Positions 34,935 to 45,361 of a DNA stretch of 64,000 nt are shown in pieces. A program made the position numbers and the translations under genes. How positions within the stretch are numbered: the stretch's first letter is position 1; the number at the start of each line of letters is the position of its first letter. The notes beneath the pieces are model-generated. The model was not told where the DNA came from and made no database searches. It worked only from the letters and a program-made list of their open reading frames with translations. Origin of the DNA: an uncultured Desulfospira sp. (GTDB lineage: Bacteria > Desulfobacterota > Desulfobacteria > Desulfobacterales > Desulfobacteraceae); assembly GCA_963663165.1 (NCBI GenBank), contig OY760175.1, positions 3,360,001 to 3,424,000 of the forward strand. The letters are read 5' to 3'.

Positions 34935-36992
34935 ATGAGTAGAATTACCATTGACGAACAGGATGACGGCCTGGAAATTGCCAGGCGGATGGCTGAAGAA
35001 GAAGAGGGAATGGGGCGCAGGCCTGAAGGGTTGTCCCGGTGGGTTATCCCGTCGGTATGCGTGGCATGGAGCGCTTTTCAACTGTCCATTGCCAGCTGGC
35101 TGATCCTGGATTCCACATTCATCCGGGCCATTCATTTAGGGTTTGCCCTCCTGGTGGTCTATCTGAACTACCCTATGTTTAAAAAAACCAAACTGGGCTT
35201 AAACTTCCTGGCCAGCAAAAACAAAATTCTTCTCATTGATTATGTCATTGCCATTGTTGCCGCATTTTCAGCGTTATATATTGCCATTGATTTTGAAGGG
35301 ATGACCCTTCGCTACGGGTCGCCCATTTTCAGGGACCTGGCCCTGGGGGCACTGCTGGTGGTCCTCTTGCTGGAGGCCACCCGTCGGGTCATTGGTCCTG
35401 CCCTGCCGGTTATCGGCATTGCCTTTATTGCCTATGCCTTTTTGGGACCCCATATGCCGGACCTCATCGCTTTTAAAGGGGTCTCTTTGAACCGTTTTGT
35501 AGGCCAGATGACCATGTCCACGGAAGGCATTTACGGGATTCCCCTGGATGTATCGGCCACCATCGTGTTTCTCTTTGTCCTGTTCGGGGCCATGCTGGAC
35601 AAGGCGGGTGCCGGCCACTATTTCATCCAGCTGGCACTCAGCCTTCTGGGGGGATTTAAAGGCGGGCCGGCCAAGGCGGCCATCCTGGGCAGCGGGCTGA
35701 CCGGCCTGGTTTCAGGCTCCAGTATTGCCAACATCGTTACCACCGGAACCTTTACCATCCCCCTGATGAAAAAGGTGGGATATCCGGCCAAAAAGGCGGC
35801 CGCCATAGAGGTGGCCGCCAGTACCGACGGGCAGCTGGCCCCGCCCATCATGGGGGCGGCCGCCTTTATCATAGCCGAATACGTCAATGTCCCTTATGTG
35901 GAGGTCATCAAGGCCGCGGCTGTGCCGGCCTTTGCCTCCTACGCAGCCCTGTTTTACATCACCCACATTGAAGCCTCCAAACTGGGTTTAAGGGGCATGC
36001 CCAAAGCAGAGCTCCCCCCGTTTTTCAAAACCCTGATTTCCGGGGCCCATTACCTGTTGCCCTTATGTCTGTTGCTCTATGAACTGATTGTGGTCCGGCA
36101 CTCGCCGGAACTCGCCGCCTTCCGGGCCATCTGGCTGATGGCGCTGGTCATGCTGATCCAGCACCCGGTCCGGGCCTTTTTGGGCAGACAGCCCATGGGA
36201 CCGGCCTTCAGGCAAAGTATTGAGGATATTTTTTCAGCCCTTGCCACGGGCGCCCGGAACATGGTGTCCGTGGCCCTTGCCACGGCGGCTGCCGGAATCA
36301 TTGTGGGCGTGGTGGCCTTGGGGCTTGGCCAGTTGATCACGGCCATTATCGACACCCTGTCCGGGGGCAACATCTTTTTTATGCTCATCATTACCGCCAT
36401 GGCCAGCCTGATTATCGGCATGGGGCTGCCCACCACGGCCACCTATATTGTCATGGCGTCTTTAACGGCGCCGGCCATCGTGGATATCGGGGCCATGAAC
36501 GACTTTATCGTCCCCTTGATGTCAGCCCACCTGTTCTGTTTTTACTTTGGGATCCTGGCCGATGACACCCCGCCGGTAGGGCTTGCCGCCTATGCGGCCG
36601 CAGCCATTGCCAAGTCACCGCCCATTCCTACGGGGATCCAGGGGTTTATGTACGATATCCGAACTGCTATCCTGCCCTTTATGTTCATTTTCAATGCCGA
36701 TCTGATCCTTGACAACGTTTACAGCTGGCCCCAAGGAATTTTGATCTTTTTAATGGCATGCATGGGAAATTTCGCTTTTGCCTCGGCCACCCAGGGGTGG
36801 TTTGTGGCCAAAAACAAGATCTGGGAAATTCCGTTATTTCTTTGCGTAACCCTTATTCTGATGCGGCCGGACCTGATCGCCTCCCTGGCGGGTATTCCCC
36901 AGGATCAGCGGTACTGGATGTATCTGGCCGGGTTAGCGCTTTTCGGATTGCTTTATTTGATCCAGCGGCCAAGAAGGCCGGTCGATGCGTGA
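34935..36992 (+). CDS. TRAP (TAXI-type) fused permease
   Basis: GGPAKAA, SGSSIAN..TTG.FTIPLMK, GMGLPTTA.Y, AD.TPPV.LAAYAAA. Confidence 0.95.
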   Translation: MSRITIDEQDDGLEIARRMAEEEEGMGRRPEGLSRWVIPSVCVAWSAFQLSIASWLILDSTFIRAIHLGFALLVVYLNYPMFKKTKLGLNFLASKNKILLIDYVIAIVAAFSALYIAIDFEGMTLRYGSPIFRDLALGALLVVLLLEATRRVIGPALPVIGIAFIAYAFLGPHMPDLIAFKGVSLNRFVGQMTMSTEGIYGIPLDVSATIVFLFVLFGAMLDKAGAGHYFIQLALSLLGGFKGGPAKAAILGSGLTGLVSGSSIANIVTTGTFTIPLMKKVGYPAKKAAAIEVAASTDGQLAPPIMGAAAFIIAEYVNVPYVEVIKAAAVPAFASYAALFYITHIEASKLGLRGMPKAELPPFFKTLISGAHYLLPLCLLLYELIVVRHSPELAAFRAIWLMALVMLIQHPVRAFLGRQPMGPAFRQSIEDIFSALATGARNMVSVALATAAAGIIVGVVALGLGQLITAIIDTLSGGNIFFMLIITAMASLIIGMGLPTTATYIVMASLTAPAIVDIGAMNDFIVPLMSAHLFCFYFGILADDTPPVGLAAYAAAAIAKSPPIPTGIQGFMYDIRTAILPFMFIFNADLILDNVYSWPQGILIFLMACMGNFAFASATQGWFVAKNKIWEIPLFLCVTLILMRPDLIASLAGIPQDQRYWMYLAGLALFGLLYLIQRPRRPVDA

Positions 36993-37094
36993 AACCAAAG
37001 TTATCCATTTTTTCGTGGCCTTGTATCTTAAGTATATATAGCCCAAATACAGGCTCGGGTTTATAAACCAACCCTAAAAAAGGAGTGGCCCCTC

Positions 37095-37583
37095 ATGGTG
37101 AAAAAAATTCTGGTTGCCCTGGAGTTTGCGGACTATACCAAGGAAACCTTTGACTATGCGGTAAGTATTGCCGACCGCTTTGACGCCGAACTGATCATCG
37201 CCAGCGTTATCAACCACAGGGATGTCGAAGCGGTGAGTGCGATCTCCGCCATGGGATACAAGGTAGACGGCGAACACTACATCAAGGGCGTCAAAGAAGA
37301 ACGGCGGAAAATGCTCGAAGACATCCTGGAAACTTCCCCTTACACCCACGACCACATCCGCCTGGTTTTCAAGGTAGGCCATCCCGTGGAAAAACTGCTG
37401 GGTATCATTGTTCAGGAAGATGTGGACCTTGTGGTCATGGGGGTCAAGGGCCGAACCGATGCCAAAGCCGTGCTCATCGGTTCTGTTGCGGAAAAAATCT
37501 TCAGGAAATCACCGGTCCCGGTGGTCTCTTTCCGGGACCCCAAAAGCGCTGAACGGCTCAGAAAGCGGATTCACATCGATTAA
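37095..37583 (+). CDS. Universal stress protein (UspA family)
   Basis: KKILVA, DLVVMG.KG, IGSVAEK...SP.PV. Confidence 0.92.
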   Translation: MVKKILVALEFADYTKETFDYAVSIADRFDAELIIASVINHRDVEAVSAISAMGYKVDGEHYIKGVKEERRKMLEDILETSPYTHDHIRLVFKVGHPVEKLLGIIVQEDVDLVVMGVKGRTDAKAVLIGSVAEKIFRKSPVPVVSFRDPKSAERLRKRIHID

Positions 37584-38425
37584 ATCATATCCAGAATCCG
37601 GTCCTTGTTTTTCTTATCCAGCCCCAGGATCTGCCGGGCCTCGTCCGGGCCGGCAATGGGTCTTCCCACGGTTTTGGCAATGGCGGCAACCGCTTCTACC
37701 AGCTTGGGGTTGGAGGCCTTGGACCCGTCGGGCATAAACAGATTGTCCTCTAGACCGACCCTGACATGGCCGCCCATGGCGATGGCGGCGGCGGCCAGGG
37801 GGATTTCATTTCTTCCAATGCCCGATACGGTCCAGGTGGCGCCTTCAGGGATACTGTCGCTTAAGAAAACCAGGTTTCTCACGCTACCCGGCATGGACCC
37901 CGGGGCCCCCAAAACAAAATTAAAGTGCAGGGGAGCGGTCAAATACCCTTTCTTTAAAAGAAACCGCGCGTTATTGATCATGCCGGCTTCAAAAATCTCG
38001 ATTTCCGGCTTTACCCCGGTTTCCTGAAAGACCTTTGCCAGAAACTCAATGAACGGGGGGGAATTTTCATAAATAATCCCGGGAAGGTTGTTGGAGCCGG
38101 TGGTAAATGATCCCATTTCCGGCAGCAGCCTGACTGGACAGGCTCTGTCCTCCCAGTCTTTTCCGGCCCTGGCCCCTGTGGACAGCTGGACAATCACATC
38201 CGGGCAGGCCTGTTTAACCTCTCTTGCAATGGCTTTATATACCTCAATATCCAGGCTGGGCTTTTCCTTTGCATCTCTGGCATGAATATGAAACAGGGCA
38301 GCGCCGGCATCGGCACAGGCTTTGACATCCCGGGCAATCTGTTCCGGGGTAACCGGCAGGGCCGGGTTCATCTCCCGGGTGGGCACATTTCCGGTTAAAG
38401 CGGTTGTAATGATTAATTTTTCCAA
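37580..38425 (-). CDS. 3-keto-5-aminohexanoate cleavage enzyme family (BKACE/DUF849)
   Basis: IIT.A.TG, P.TPE.IA, AGA...H.H.R, STG, GG.VRVGLED; TTG start at 38425. Confidence 0.92.
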   Translation of the reverse strand: MEKLIITTALTGNVPTREMNPALPVTPEQIARDVKACADAGAALFHIHARDAKEKPSLDIEVYKAIAREVKQACPDVIVQLSTGARAGKDWEDRACPVRLLPEMGSFTTGSNNLPGIIYENSPPFIEFLAKVFQETGVKPEIEIFEAGMINNARFLLKKGYLTAPLHFNFVLGAPGSMPGSVRNLVFLSDSIPEGATWTVSGIGRNEIPLAAAAIAMGGHVRVGLEDNLFMPDGSKASNPKLVEAVAAIAKTVGRPIAGPDEARQILGLDKKNKDRILDMI

Positions 38426-38583
38426 AAGAATCCACCTTTCTGCATCCAAGTCGCTGATAGTTTAAACAGCGGAATGTAATGTTCGTTATATTTTTTTAGA
38501 AAATAATGTAATATCTATTGCAGGTCAAGTTTTATTTTGGTACAGTCGGTTCTAACAGGCAACGACATATAAGAACGAAACTT

Positions 38584-39498
38584 ATGCTTAACCCAGACTT
38601 GCTCATTTCCCAGAAACCCCTTCCCCACCTGACGCCTGCCCAGGAAAAGATACTTGAATTCCTGCTTGCCCGGCCTGACAAGGTCGCCTATATGAGCAGC
38701 GCTGAGCTTGCCGAGTCCCTTTCCATGTCCAATGCCACCGTGGTCCGGTTCTGCCAGCATATCGGCTTTAAAGGGTACATAGACCTTCAACGACACATCA
38801 GAGAACTGATCAAGGCCAGACTCACCCTGCCCCAGCGGATCCAGAAAAAATCCCCCCATATCAGGGAAACCGCAGACATCTTAAGAACTGTCCTGAAAAG
38901 TGACCAGGCCAACCTCTCCGCTGTCATGAAAAATGTATCCCCTTTGCTGTTTGAAACGCTGGTCCATGAAATTCACCAACGCCGGGAAATCTGGGTCCTG
39001 GGGCTGCGCTCATTTTTCGGTCCGGCCCACAGCTTTGCCACCACCCTGGGGTTTCTGGCCAGGAAGGCCCATTTAATTACCCTGGATGCCGGCACGGTCT
39101 GGGATTATATCCAGCCCGGGCTCAATAAGGAGGCCCTTTTGGTTGCCATCTCCTTTCCCCGTTACTGCACGCTCACCCTTGACATTGCCCGGCAGTTTTT
39201 TGAAGAAGGGGCCACGGTGGCCGCCATTACCGACTCGGTCTCTTCTCCGCTGGCCCGGCACAGCAGCCTGGTGATTCCGTTGCCCTGCTGGATTGATTCG
39301 TTTTTTGAATCCTCGGTGGCGGTGACCGGTTTTTTTAACGCCGTGCTGGCCGGCGTTTCATACCTTGACGGGGCAAAAACCATGTCAAGGCTCCAGCATT
39401 TAGAAGAGATCTGGACCCGGAAGGGGGTCTATCTTTACCCTGACGCGGGACCTTCTCCTTCCTGGGCAGACCAGTTTACCGACAACCCTGAACCCTGA
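38584..39498 (+). CDS. RpiR/MurR-family regulator
   Basis: LT..QEKI..F, ELA....SNATVVRF...GFKGY plus SIS domain (G.RS, ISFPRY, ITDS..SPLA). Confidence 0.92.
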   Translation: MLNPDLLISQKPLPHLTPAQEKILEFLLARPDKVAYMSSAELAESLSMSNATVVRFCQHIGFKGYIDLQRHIRELIKARLTLPQRIQKKSPHIRETADILRTVLKSDQANLSAVMKNVSPLLFETLVHEIHQRREIWVLGLRSFFGPAHSFATTLGFLARKAHLITLDAGTVWDYIQPGLNKEALLVAISFPRYCTLTLDIARQFFEEGATVAAITDSVSSPLARHSSLVIPLPCWIDSFFESSVAVTGFFNAVLAGVSYLDGAKTMSRLQHLEEIWTRKGVYLYPDAGPSPSWADQFTDNPEP

Positions 39499-39508
39499 GG
39501 AACAAAAA

Positions 39509-40882
39509 ATGGGATTTGGAAGAACCATCCCCAGAAATTTTCTGGCCAACAACCCAAGAGCCGTAGAAGCCCACGGCATCTACATCTATGATGAACATGG
39601 AAAAGATTATATCGACGGCTGCTCGGGCGCCCTGGTGTCCAACCTGGGCCACGGCATCGATCAGATCATCGACGACATTGCCTATCAAATGAAACACCTG
39701 GATTTTGCCCACCCGTCCCGGTGGAACCACAGTGCCTGCCAGGATGCGGCAGACCAGATCTGCGAACTGACCCCTGAAGGTATCAACTACTGCTGGTTTG
39801 TCTCAGGCGGTTCCGAGGCCGTGGAATCCGCCGTTAAAATGGCCCGCCAGTACTATGTGGAACGGGACGGAAAAGACAGCCCCAAGTTCAAGCTGATCAG
39901 CCGGCACTGTTCCTACCACGGGGCCACCATCGGCACCATGTCCGTGGGCGGCAGTTCCAAGAGGACCGACGCATTCCAGCCGCTGCTCAACCCGTCTGCC
40001 AAGATTCCGGCCACCTATCTCTACCGGAAACCGGCTGACATGACAGCGGCCGAGTTTAACCGGCACTGCATTTTATCCCTTGAAGAGGCCATCATCGAGC
40101 AGGGCCCGGAGAATGTCATGGCCTTTATTGCCGAGCCCATTGTGGGGTCCGCCGGCGGGGCCATCATGCCCGACGATACCTACTGGCCCGGTATCCGGCG
40201 TATCTGTGACAAGTATGACGTGCTGCTCATTGCCGATGAGGTCATGACCGGGTTTGGCCGGACGGGCAAGGCCTTTGGGGTGGACCACTGGCAGGTGGTG
40301 CCCGATATCATTGCCTCGGCCAAGGGCATGGCTGCCGGCTATGTTCCCACCGGGGGCATTTTTGTCAAAGAAACCATTATTGATGTGATCAAACAGGGCA
40401 GCAGCCGCTTTATCCACGGCCACACCTATAATTCTAATCCGGTTTCCTGCCGGGCTGTGGCCAGCGTCCTTGCCTATATCAGGGCCCACAACCTGATTGA
40501 AGAAACCTGGAAAAACGGAAAGCTTCTGGGGGCAGGCCTCAAGGAACTGGCCGGACAAAGCCCCTATATCGGTGATGTCCGGGGAACCGGATTTATGTGG
40601 GCCATGGAAATTGTCCATGACAAGGAAACCAAACAGCCCTTTGCTTCAGAAGAAAACGCCGGGGAAAGGGCCTTATCCGCCTGCCTTGATGCGGGCCTCA
40701 TTGTTTACCCCGGCGGATGCCACATCAACGGGGTGGACACCAGCATCTTTCTGATTGCCCCTCCCCTGGTCACCACCCCCGAAGAGATAGGCAAACTTCT
40801 GGACCGACTGGGAACCGGCCTCAAAACCTTCAGCGCGGACATGAACGCCCGGCATCGAAAGCTTGAAAACTTGCCGGCTTGA
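39509..40882 (+). CDS. Class III PLP aminotransferase
   Basis: SGGSEA.E.A.K, SYHG.T, EPI.G, LLIADEVMTGFGRTG, SAKG, GHTY. Confidence 0.95.
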   Translation: MGFGRTIPRNFLANNPRAVEAHGIYIYDEHGKDYIDGCSGALVSNLGHGIDQIIDDIAYQMKHLDFAHPSRWNHSACQDAADQICELTPEGINYCWFVSGGSEAVESAVKMARQYYVERDGKDSPKFKLISRHCSYHGATIGTMSVGGSSKRTDAFQPLLNPSAKIPATYLYRKPADMTAAEFNRHCILSLEEAIIEQGPENVMAFIAEPIVGSAGGAIMPDDTYWPGIRRICDKYDVLLIADEVMTGFGRTGKAFGVDHWQVVPDIIASAKGMAAGYVPTGGIFVKETIIDVIKQGSSRFIHGHTYNSNPVSCRAVASVLAYIRAHNLIEETWKNGKLLGAGLKELAGQSPYIGDVRGTGFMWAMEIVHDKETKQPFASEENAGERALSACLDAGLIVYPGGCHINGVDTSIFLIAPPLVTTPEEIGKLLDRLGTGLKTFSADMNARHRKLENLPA

Positions 40883-40976
40883 CAGAAAAAAAGCCTGTAG
40901 CACTAATGGTTCCCAGGAAGGTTCCGTGTAATCTTCCGACTGTTTGATTGATCTGTGCGGATAATAATGTATAAAA

Positions 40977-41060
40977 TTGGGACTTGGGATATGGGACTTG
41001 GGACTTGGGGAGGCCATGGATACGGCAATCCCCAAGTCCCATATCCCAAGTCCAAAGTCC
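40977..41060. repeat. Palindrome built from 7-bp tandem units (TTGGGAC / GTCCCAA)
   Basis: 5 units, a ~17-bp spacer, then 4-5 inverted units; lies between convergent genes. Confidence 0.88.
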
Positions 41061-41125
41061 ATTTTTTTAGATATACCTTATTCCCATACATCCAATCACC
41101 CTGGGCTGCCCGCCCCGCCATCCCC

Positions 41126-43324
41126 TTATTTTTTGCGTTTCTTTTTAAGCAGTTTTTTATGTCTGTCCCTGAGTTCTTCGGGCCTTAAGGCAGACCCCCT
41201 GCCCGACAGGCTCGGATTGGTCATGAAAAACTGATGGGCATTGAAGGGTTCTCCCCGGTCTGAAATGACCCGGGTGTAGGTGCCGTCAGAGTTTAAGGTC
41301 CAGGTCTGCTCGTTGTCCCTTAAGTTGGCCACCATGATCTGATCCAGGATCTGCTGATGAACCGTGGGGTTGGTGATGGGGACCAGGGTTTCAATCCTTC
41401 GGTTCAGGTTCCTGGGCATCCAGTCGGCCGAGGAAATATAGACCTTTGCCTGGGGAGACGGCAATTCATGGCCGTTGCCGAAACAGGCAATCCTGGAATG
41501 CTCCAGAAACCTCCCCACAATGGATTTAACCCGGATATTGTCGCTGAATCCGGGGATACCCGGCCTCAGGCAGCAGATCCCCCGGACCACCAGATCAATC
41601 TGAACCCCGGCCTGGGAGGCCCTGTAAAGGGCGTCGATGATTTTGGAATCCACCAGGGAGTTCATCTTTGCCCAGATCTGCCCGGGCTTTCCTCCCCGGA
41701 CAAAAGCCGCTTCTTGTTCAATATTTTCCAGGAGCCGCTCCCTTAAGGTCAAGGGGGCAATATCCACCATTTTCAGGTTAACGGGCCTGGCATAGCCGGT
41801 CATGTAATTGAAAATCTGCATGACATCCAGGCAGATCTCATGATCACAGGTAAAAAAGGAAAGATCCGTGTAGATTTTGGCGGTAATGGGGTGGTAATTG
41901 CCCGTCCCCAGATGGGCATAGGATTTAAAGGTGTCCCCTTCCTTTCTGACCACCAGGGAGAGCTTGGCATGGGTCTTTAAATGAATGATGCCGAAAACCA
42001 CCTGGGCCCCGGCCCGCTCAAGCTTTCTGGCCAGTTCGATGTTGTTTTCCTCATCAAACCGGGCCTTGAGTTCAACCATGGCCGTGACGTTTTTCCCGGC
42101 TTCAGCCGCCTCAATCAGGGCCTGGACAATGGGGGAGTGCTCGTTGGTCCGGTACAAAGTCTGCTTGATGGTGACCACATCCTTATCCAGGCTGGCCTGG
42201 CGGATGAACTTGACCACCACATCAAAACTTTCATAGGGGTGGTGAACCAAGATATCCTTGGTGCTGATGGCCTCAAAACAGTCGCCGTCAAAATCCCGGA
42301 TCCGTTCGGGAAACCTGGCATGGTATTTGGGGAACAGCAGCTCGGGCCGGTCATCAACAATGAGTTCGCTAAAATCGGACAGGCCCATATACCGGGTCCT
42401 GAAGATGTCTTCTTGCAGCACATGGAGCTGGCGCCGGATAAATTCCACCAGCTCTTCGGGCATATGCTCATCCACAGTGAGCCGGACCACATTCCCCCGC
42501 CGCCGCCGGCTGATGGCGGACCGGAAGGTTCTGACCAGGTCTTCGGCCTCTTCGTCAATCTCAAGTTCACTGTCCCGGATCACCTGGAATATGCCTGAAG
42601 TCAGCAGTTCATATCCCGGGAAAAGATTTTTATAGTGAATCCCGATGACCTGGGACAGCGAAATGAACCGGATGGATTCTCCTGGAATCCTTATATAACG
42701 CTCTAACTGTGAGGGAAGGATGATGATGGCAATCATAGATTTCCCGTCTTTTTCATCCTTTAAATCAAGGACCATGCCATACCCCAAATTGGGAATAAAG
42801 GGAAATGGGTGGGCCGGGTCAACGGCTAAAGGACTTAAGACCGGAAAAATCTCGTTCTGGAATTTGAGGTCAAGCCAGGATTTCTCATCCGGGGCCATCT
42901 CTTCCGGAGATATGATGTAGATGGATTTTTCATTAAAATCCTTTGACAGGGAATCGACACATTCCAGGGCCTTTTTGTGAAGGCCCGCGACTTCCTGTTC
43001 AATGGCTTTTAACTGCTCCAGCGGGGTCATGTTGTCCGGGCTTTCACTTTTCGCCCCGGTGTTGACCTGGGCCTTGAGGCCTGCCACACGGACCATGTAG
43101 AACTCATCCAAATTGGAGGCGGAAATGGACAGAAACCGCAGCCGCTCCAGAAACGGATGCTTTGGATTAAAGCCCTCTTCAAGGACCCGTCTGTTAAATT
43201 GCAGCCAGGACAATTCTCTGTTGATGAACCGTTCAGGGGTATTAAAATCGATTGGGGGTTGATGTGAAATTTTAGGCTGTTCGTTCATGACCTGCTCGTC
43301 TTCTAAAGGGTTTCTTTCATCCAA
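41126..43324 (-). CDS. ppk1: Polyphosphate kinase 1
   Basis: NRELSWL.FN.RVL, NLDEF.MVRVAGL, HHPYESF, KARFDE, H.KTHAK, SADWM.RNL. Start may be ATG 43288. Confidence 0.97.
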   Translation of the reverse strand: MDERNPLEDEQVMNEQPKISHQPPIDFNTPERFINRELSWLQFNRRVLEEGFNPKHPFLERLRFLSISASNLDEFYMVRVAGLKAQVNTGAKSESPDNMTPLEQLKAIEQEVAGLHKKALECVDSLSKDFNEKSIYIISPEEMAPDEKSWLDLKFQNEIFPVLSPLAVDPAHPFPFIPNLGYGMVLDLKDEKDGKSMIAIIILPSQLERYIRIPGESIRFISLSQVIGIHYKNLFPGYELLTSGIFQVIRDSELEIDEEAEDLVRTFRSAISRRRRGNVVRLTVDEHMPEELVEFIRRQLHVLQEDIFRTRYMGLSDFSELIVDDRPELLFPKYHARFPERIRDFDGDCFEAISTKDILVHHPYESFDVVVKFIRQASLDKDVVTIKQTLYRTNEHSPIVQALIEAAEAGKNVTAMVELKARFDEENNIELARKLERAGAQVVFGIIHLKTHAKLSLVVRKEGDTFKSYAHLGTGNYHPITAKIYTDLSFFTCDHEICLDVMQIFNYMTGYARPVNLKMVDIAPLTLRERLLENIEQEAAFVRGGKPGQIWAKMNSLVDSKIIDALYRASQAGVQIDLVVRGICCLRPGIPGFSDNIRVKSIVGRFLEHSRIACFGNGHELPSPQAKVYISSADWMPRNLNRRIETLVPITNPTVHQQILDQIMVANLRDNEQTWTLNSDGTYTRVISDRGEPFNAHQFFMTNPSLSGRGSALRPEELRDRHKKLLKKKRKK

Positions 43325-43485
43325 AATCTATTGGGTTATTCAGTTTACACATGAAATGCTAAGAAATTGTTAGGAAGATAATTTTTTCAACATCAAAATA
43401 CAGGTAATGGATTGATCGGATCCAAATCCGACTTATGGTATGTGGCAAAACAATGTTGGCAGACAGACAGGAAAGAACAAAAAAA

Positions 43486-44595
43486 ATGAAAAATGCATTA
43501 GACCATGTAAAAGAGATCACCCTCATGGGACCTGGCCCCTCCTGTGTTGATCATAGTGTGTATCAGGCCATGGCCAAACCCACCATGGGCCACCTGGACC
43601 CCGGTTTTATCCGGATCATGGATCAGATCAAAATCCAGCTCCAGGAGCTGTTGAATACCGGCAACCGGCTGACCATCCCCATATCAGGGACCGGGTCCGC
43701 CGGCATGGAATGCAGTTTTGTCAACCTGATCGAAAAAGATGATCCGGTACTGATCCTGACCAACGGGGTATTCGGCATGAGAATGCAGGATGTGGCGCAA
43801 CGGCTTGGAGCAAATGTGGATGTCCTGGCGTTTGAATGGGGGACCCCGGTTCTCCCGGATGATGTTCAACAGCAGCTGAAAAAAAATATATATAAAATGG
43901 TGGCTGTTGTCCATGCCGAAACCTCCACCGGGGTAAAAAATCCCATTGCTGAAATCGGCCGTCTTCTAAAAGGAGGTGACACCCTTTATCTGGTGGATGC
44001 CGTGACCAGCCTGGGCGGCATGGAAATTCTCATGGATGAATGGGGCATTGATGTCCTGTACTCCGGAACCCAGAAGTGTCTGTCCTGCCCTCCCGGGCTG
44101 TCTCCGGTTTCCTTTTCACCCCGGGCCGTTGAGGCCGTTCAGAACAGAAAAGCCAAAGTTCCCAACTGGTACCTGGACCTTTCCATGATCATCAACTACT
44201 GGGAGGGGGCCGCCCGGGCCTATCACCACACCGCCCCCATCAACATGCTGTACGGTCTTTACCAGAGCCTTTTTCTGATTCTTCAGGAAGGCAAAGATGC
44301 CGTATACCGGCGCCATCTTGAAAATCACCGGCTTCTGGTCAAAGGGCTTGAAGCGTTGGGGCTTTCCATGCTGGCGGACGAACCTTACCGGCTTCCCATG
44401 CTCAATTCGGTCCAGATTCCGGACGGGGCTGACGATGCAAAAGTCAGGGCTTCTCTGCTCACTGACCATGCCATTGAAATCGGCGCCGGCTTAGGCCCCC
44501 TTGCCGGAAAAATCTGGCGCATCGGCCTTATGGGCCATACGGCCCGGCCGGAGAATGTGGAAAGACTGCTGGCGGCATTGAAATCTGTTTTATAA
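43486..44595 (+). CDS. Alanine-glyoxylate / serine-pyruvate aminotransferase (class V)
   Basis: LMGPGP, SGTGSAGME, HAETSTG, VDAVTS, GTQKCLS.PPG, YHHTAP, WRIGLMG. Confidence 0.93.
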   Translation: MKNALDHVKEITLMGPGPSCVDHSVYQAMAKPTMGHLDPGFIRIMDQIKIQLQELLNTGNRLTIPISGTGSAGMECSFVNLIEKDDPVLILTNGVFGMRMQDVAQRLGANVDVLAFEWGTPVLPDDVQQQLKKNIYKMVAVVHAETSTGVKNPIAEIGRLLKGGDTLYLVDAVTSLGGMEILMDEWGIDVLYSGTQKCLSCPPGLSPVSFSPRAVEAVQNRKAKVPNWYLDLSMIINYWEGAARAYHHTAPINMLYGLYQSLFLILQEGKDAVYRRHLENHRLLVKGLEALGLSMLADEPYRLPMLNSVQIPDGADDAKVRASLLTDHAIEIGAGLGPLAGKIWRIGLMGHTARPENVERLLAALKSVL

Positions 44596-44646
44596 GCCCT
44601 ATGTTGAAAAACATAAACCAAATCTGAAACTTTAAGGAGACCTGTT

Positions 44647-45273
44647 ATGCCCTGCACCATAGAAAAAGACCTCATCGAACAGACCATCAGCTTTCACGGC
44701 CACAGCTGCCCGGGACTGGCCATCGGGATAAGGACGGCGGAACTTGCCCGGGAACGGCTCAACATCCATCAGTCCGGAGCCGCGTTGTGTGTAACCGAAA
44801 CAGACATGTGCGGCGTGGATGCCATCCAGTTTCTCACCGGCTGCTCCTTTGGCAAGGGAAACCTGGTTCACCGGGACTTTGGCAAATCCGCCTTTACCTT
44901 TTATGACCGGGAAACCGGCAAAGGGTTCAGGGCCCTGTTTCTGGATACCCCGGACCAGAGGAACCCGTCAGAAGAAACCGCCAACCAGACCCGGGAACTC
45001 ATGGCCAGGGCACTCAAAGGAGAAGTCACACCGGATGAGCAGGTTCTGGTTCAGCAGCGGCGGGAGCAGCGGATCAAAGATATCATGGAGGCCTCCCTTG
45101 AGGACCTGTTCACCGTGGAAGACATTGACGTTCCCCCGGTAAGGCCGGCCCGGATCCTTAAAAGCATCACCTGTGACATCTGCGGGGAAAAAACCATGGA
45201 AACACGGATCCGCCTGTTCGAAGGCCAGAGCCTGTGCATTCCCTGCTTTCTGGAAAAAGAACAAAAAATATAA
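44647..45273 (+). CDS. FmdE-family protein with a C-terminal zinc finger
   Basis: FHGH.CPGL.IG, ET..C.VDA.Q..TGC..GKGNL, C..CGE...E..C.PC. Confidence 0.9.
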   Translation: MPCTIEKDLIEQTISFHGHSCPGLAIGIRTAELARERLNIHQSGAALCVTETDMCGVDAIQFLTGCSFGKGNLVHRDFGKSAFTFYDRETGKGFRALFLDTPDQRNPSEETANQTRELMARALKGEVTPDEQVLVQQRREQRIKDIMEASLEDLFTVEDIDVPPVRPARILKSITCDICGEKTMETRIRLFEGQSLCIPCFLEKEQKI

Positions 45274-45361
45274 TCCGGGGCTCGCCACGGTTTGAGAATA
45301 GGGTTCAAGCATTCTCATAAACCGCTGATACCATTTAAAAGCCAGACCTTCTTCCATCCGC

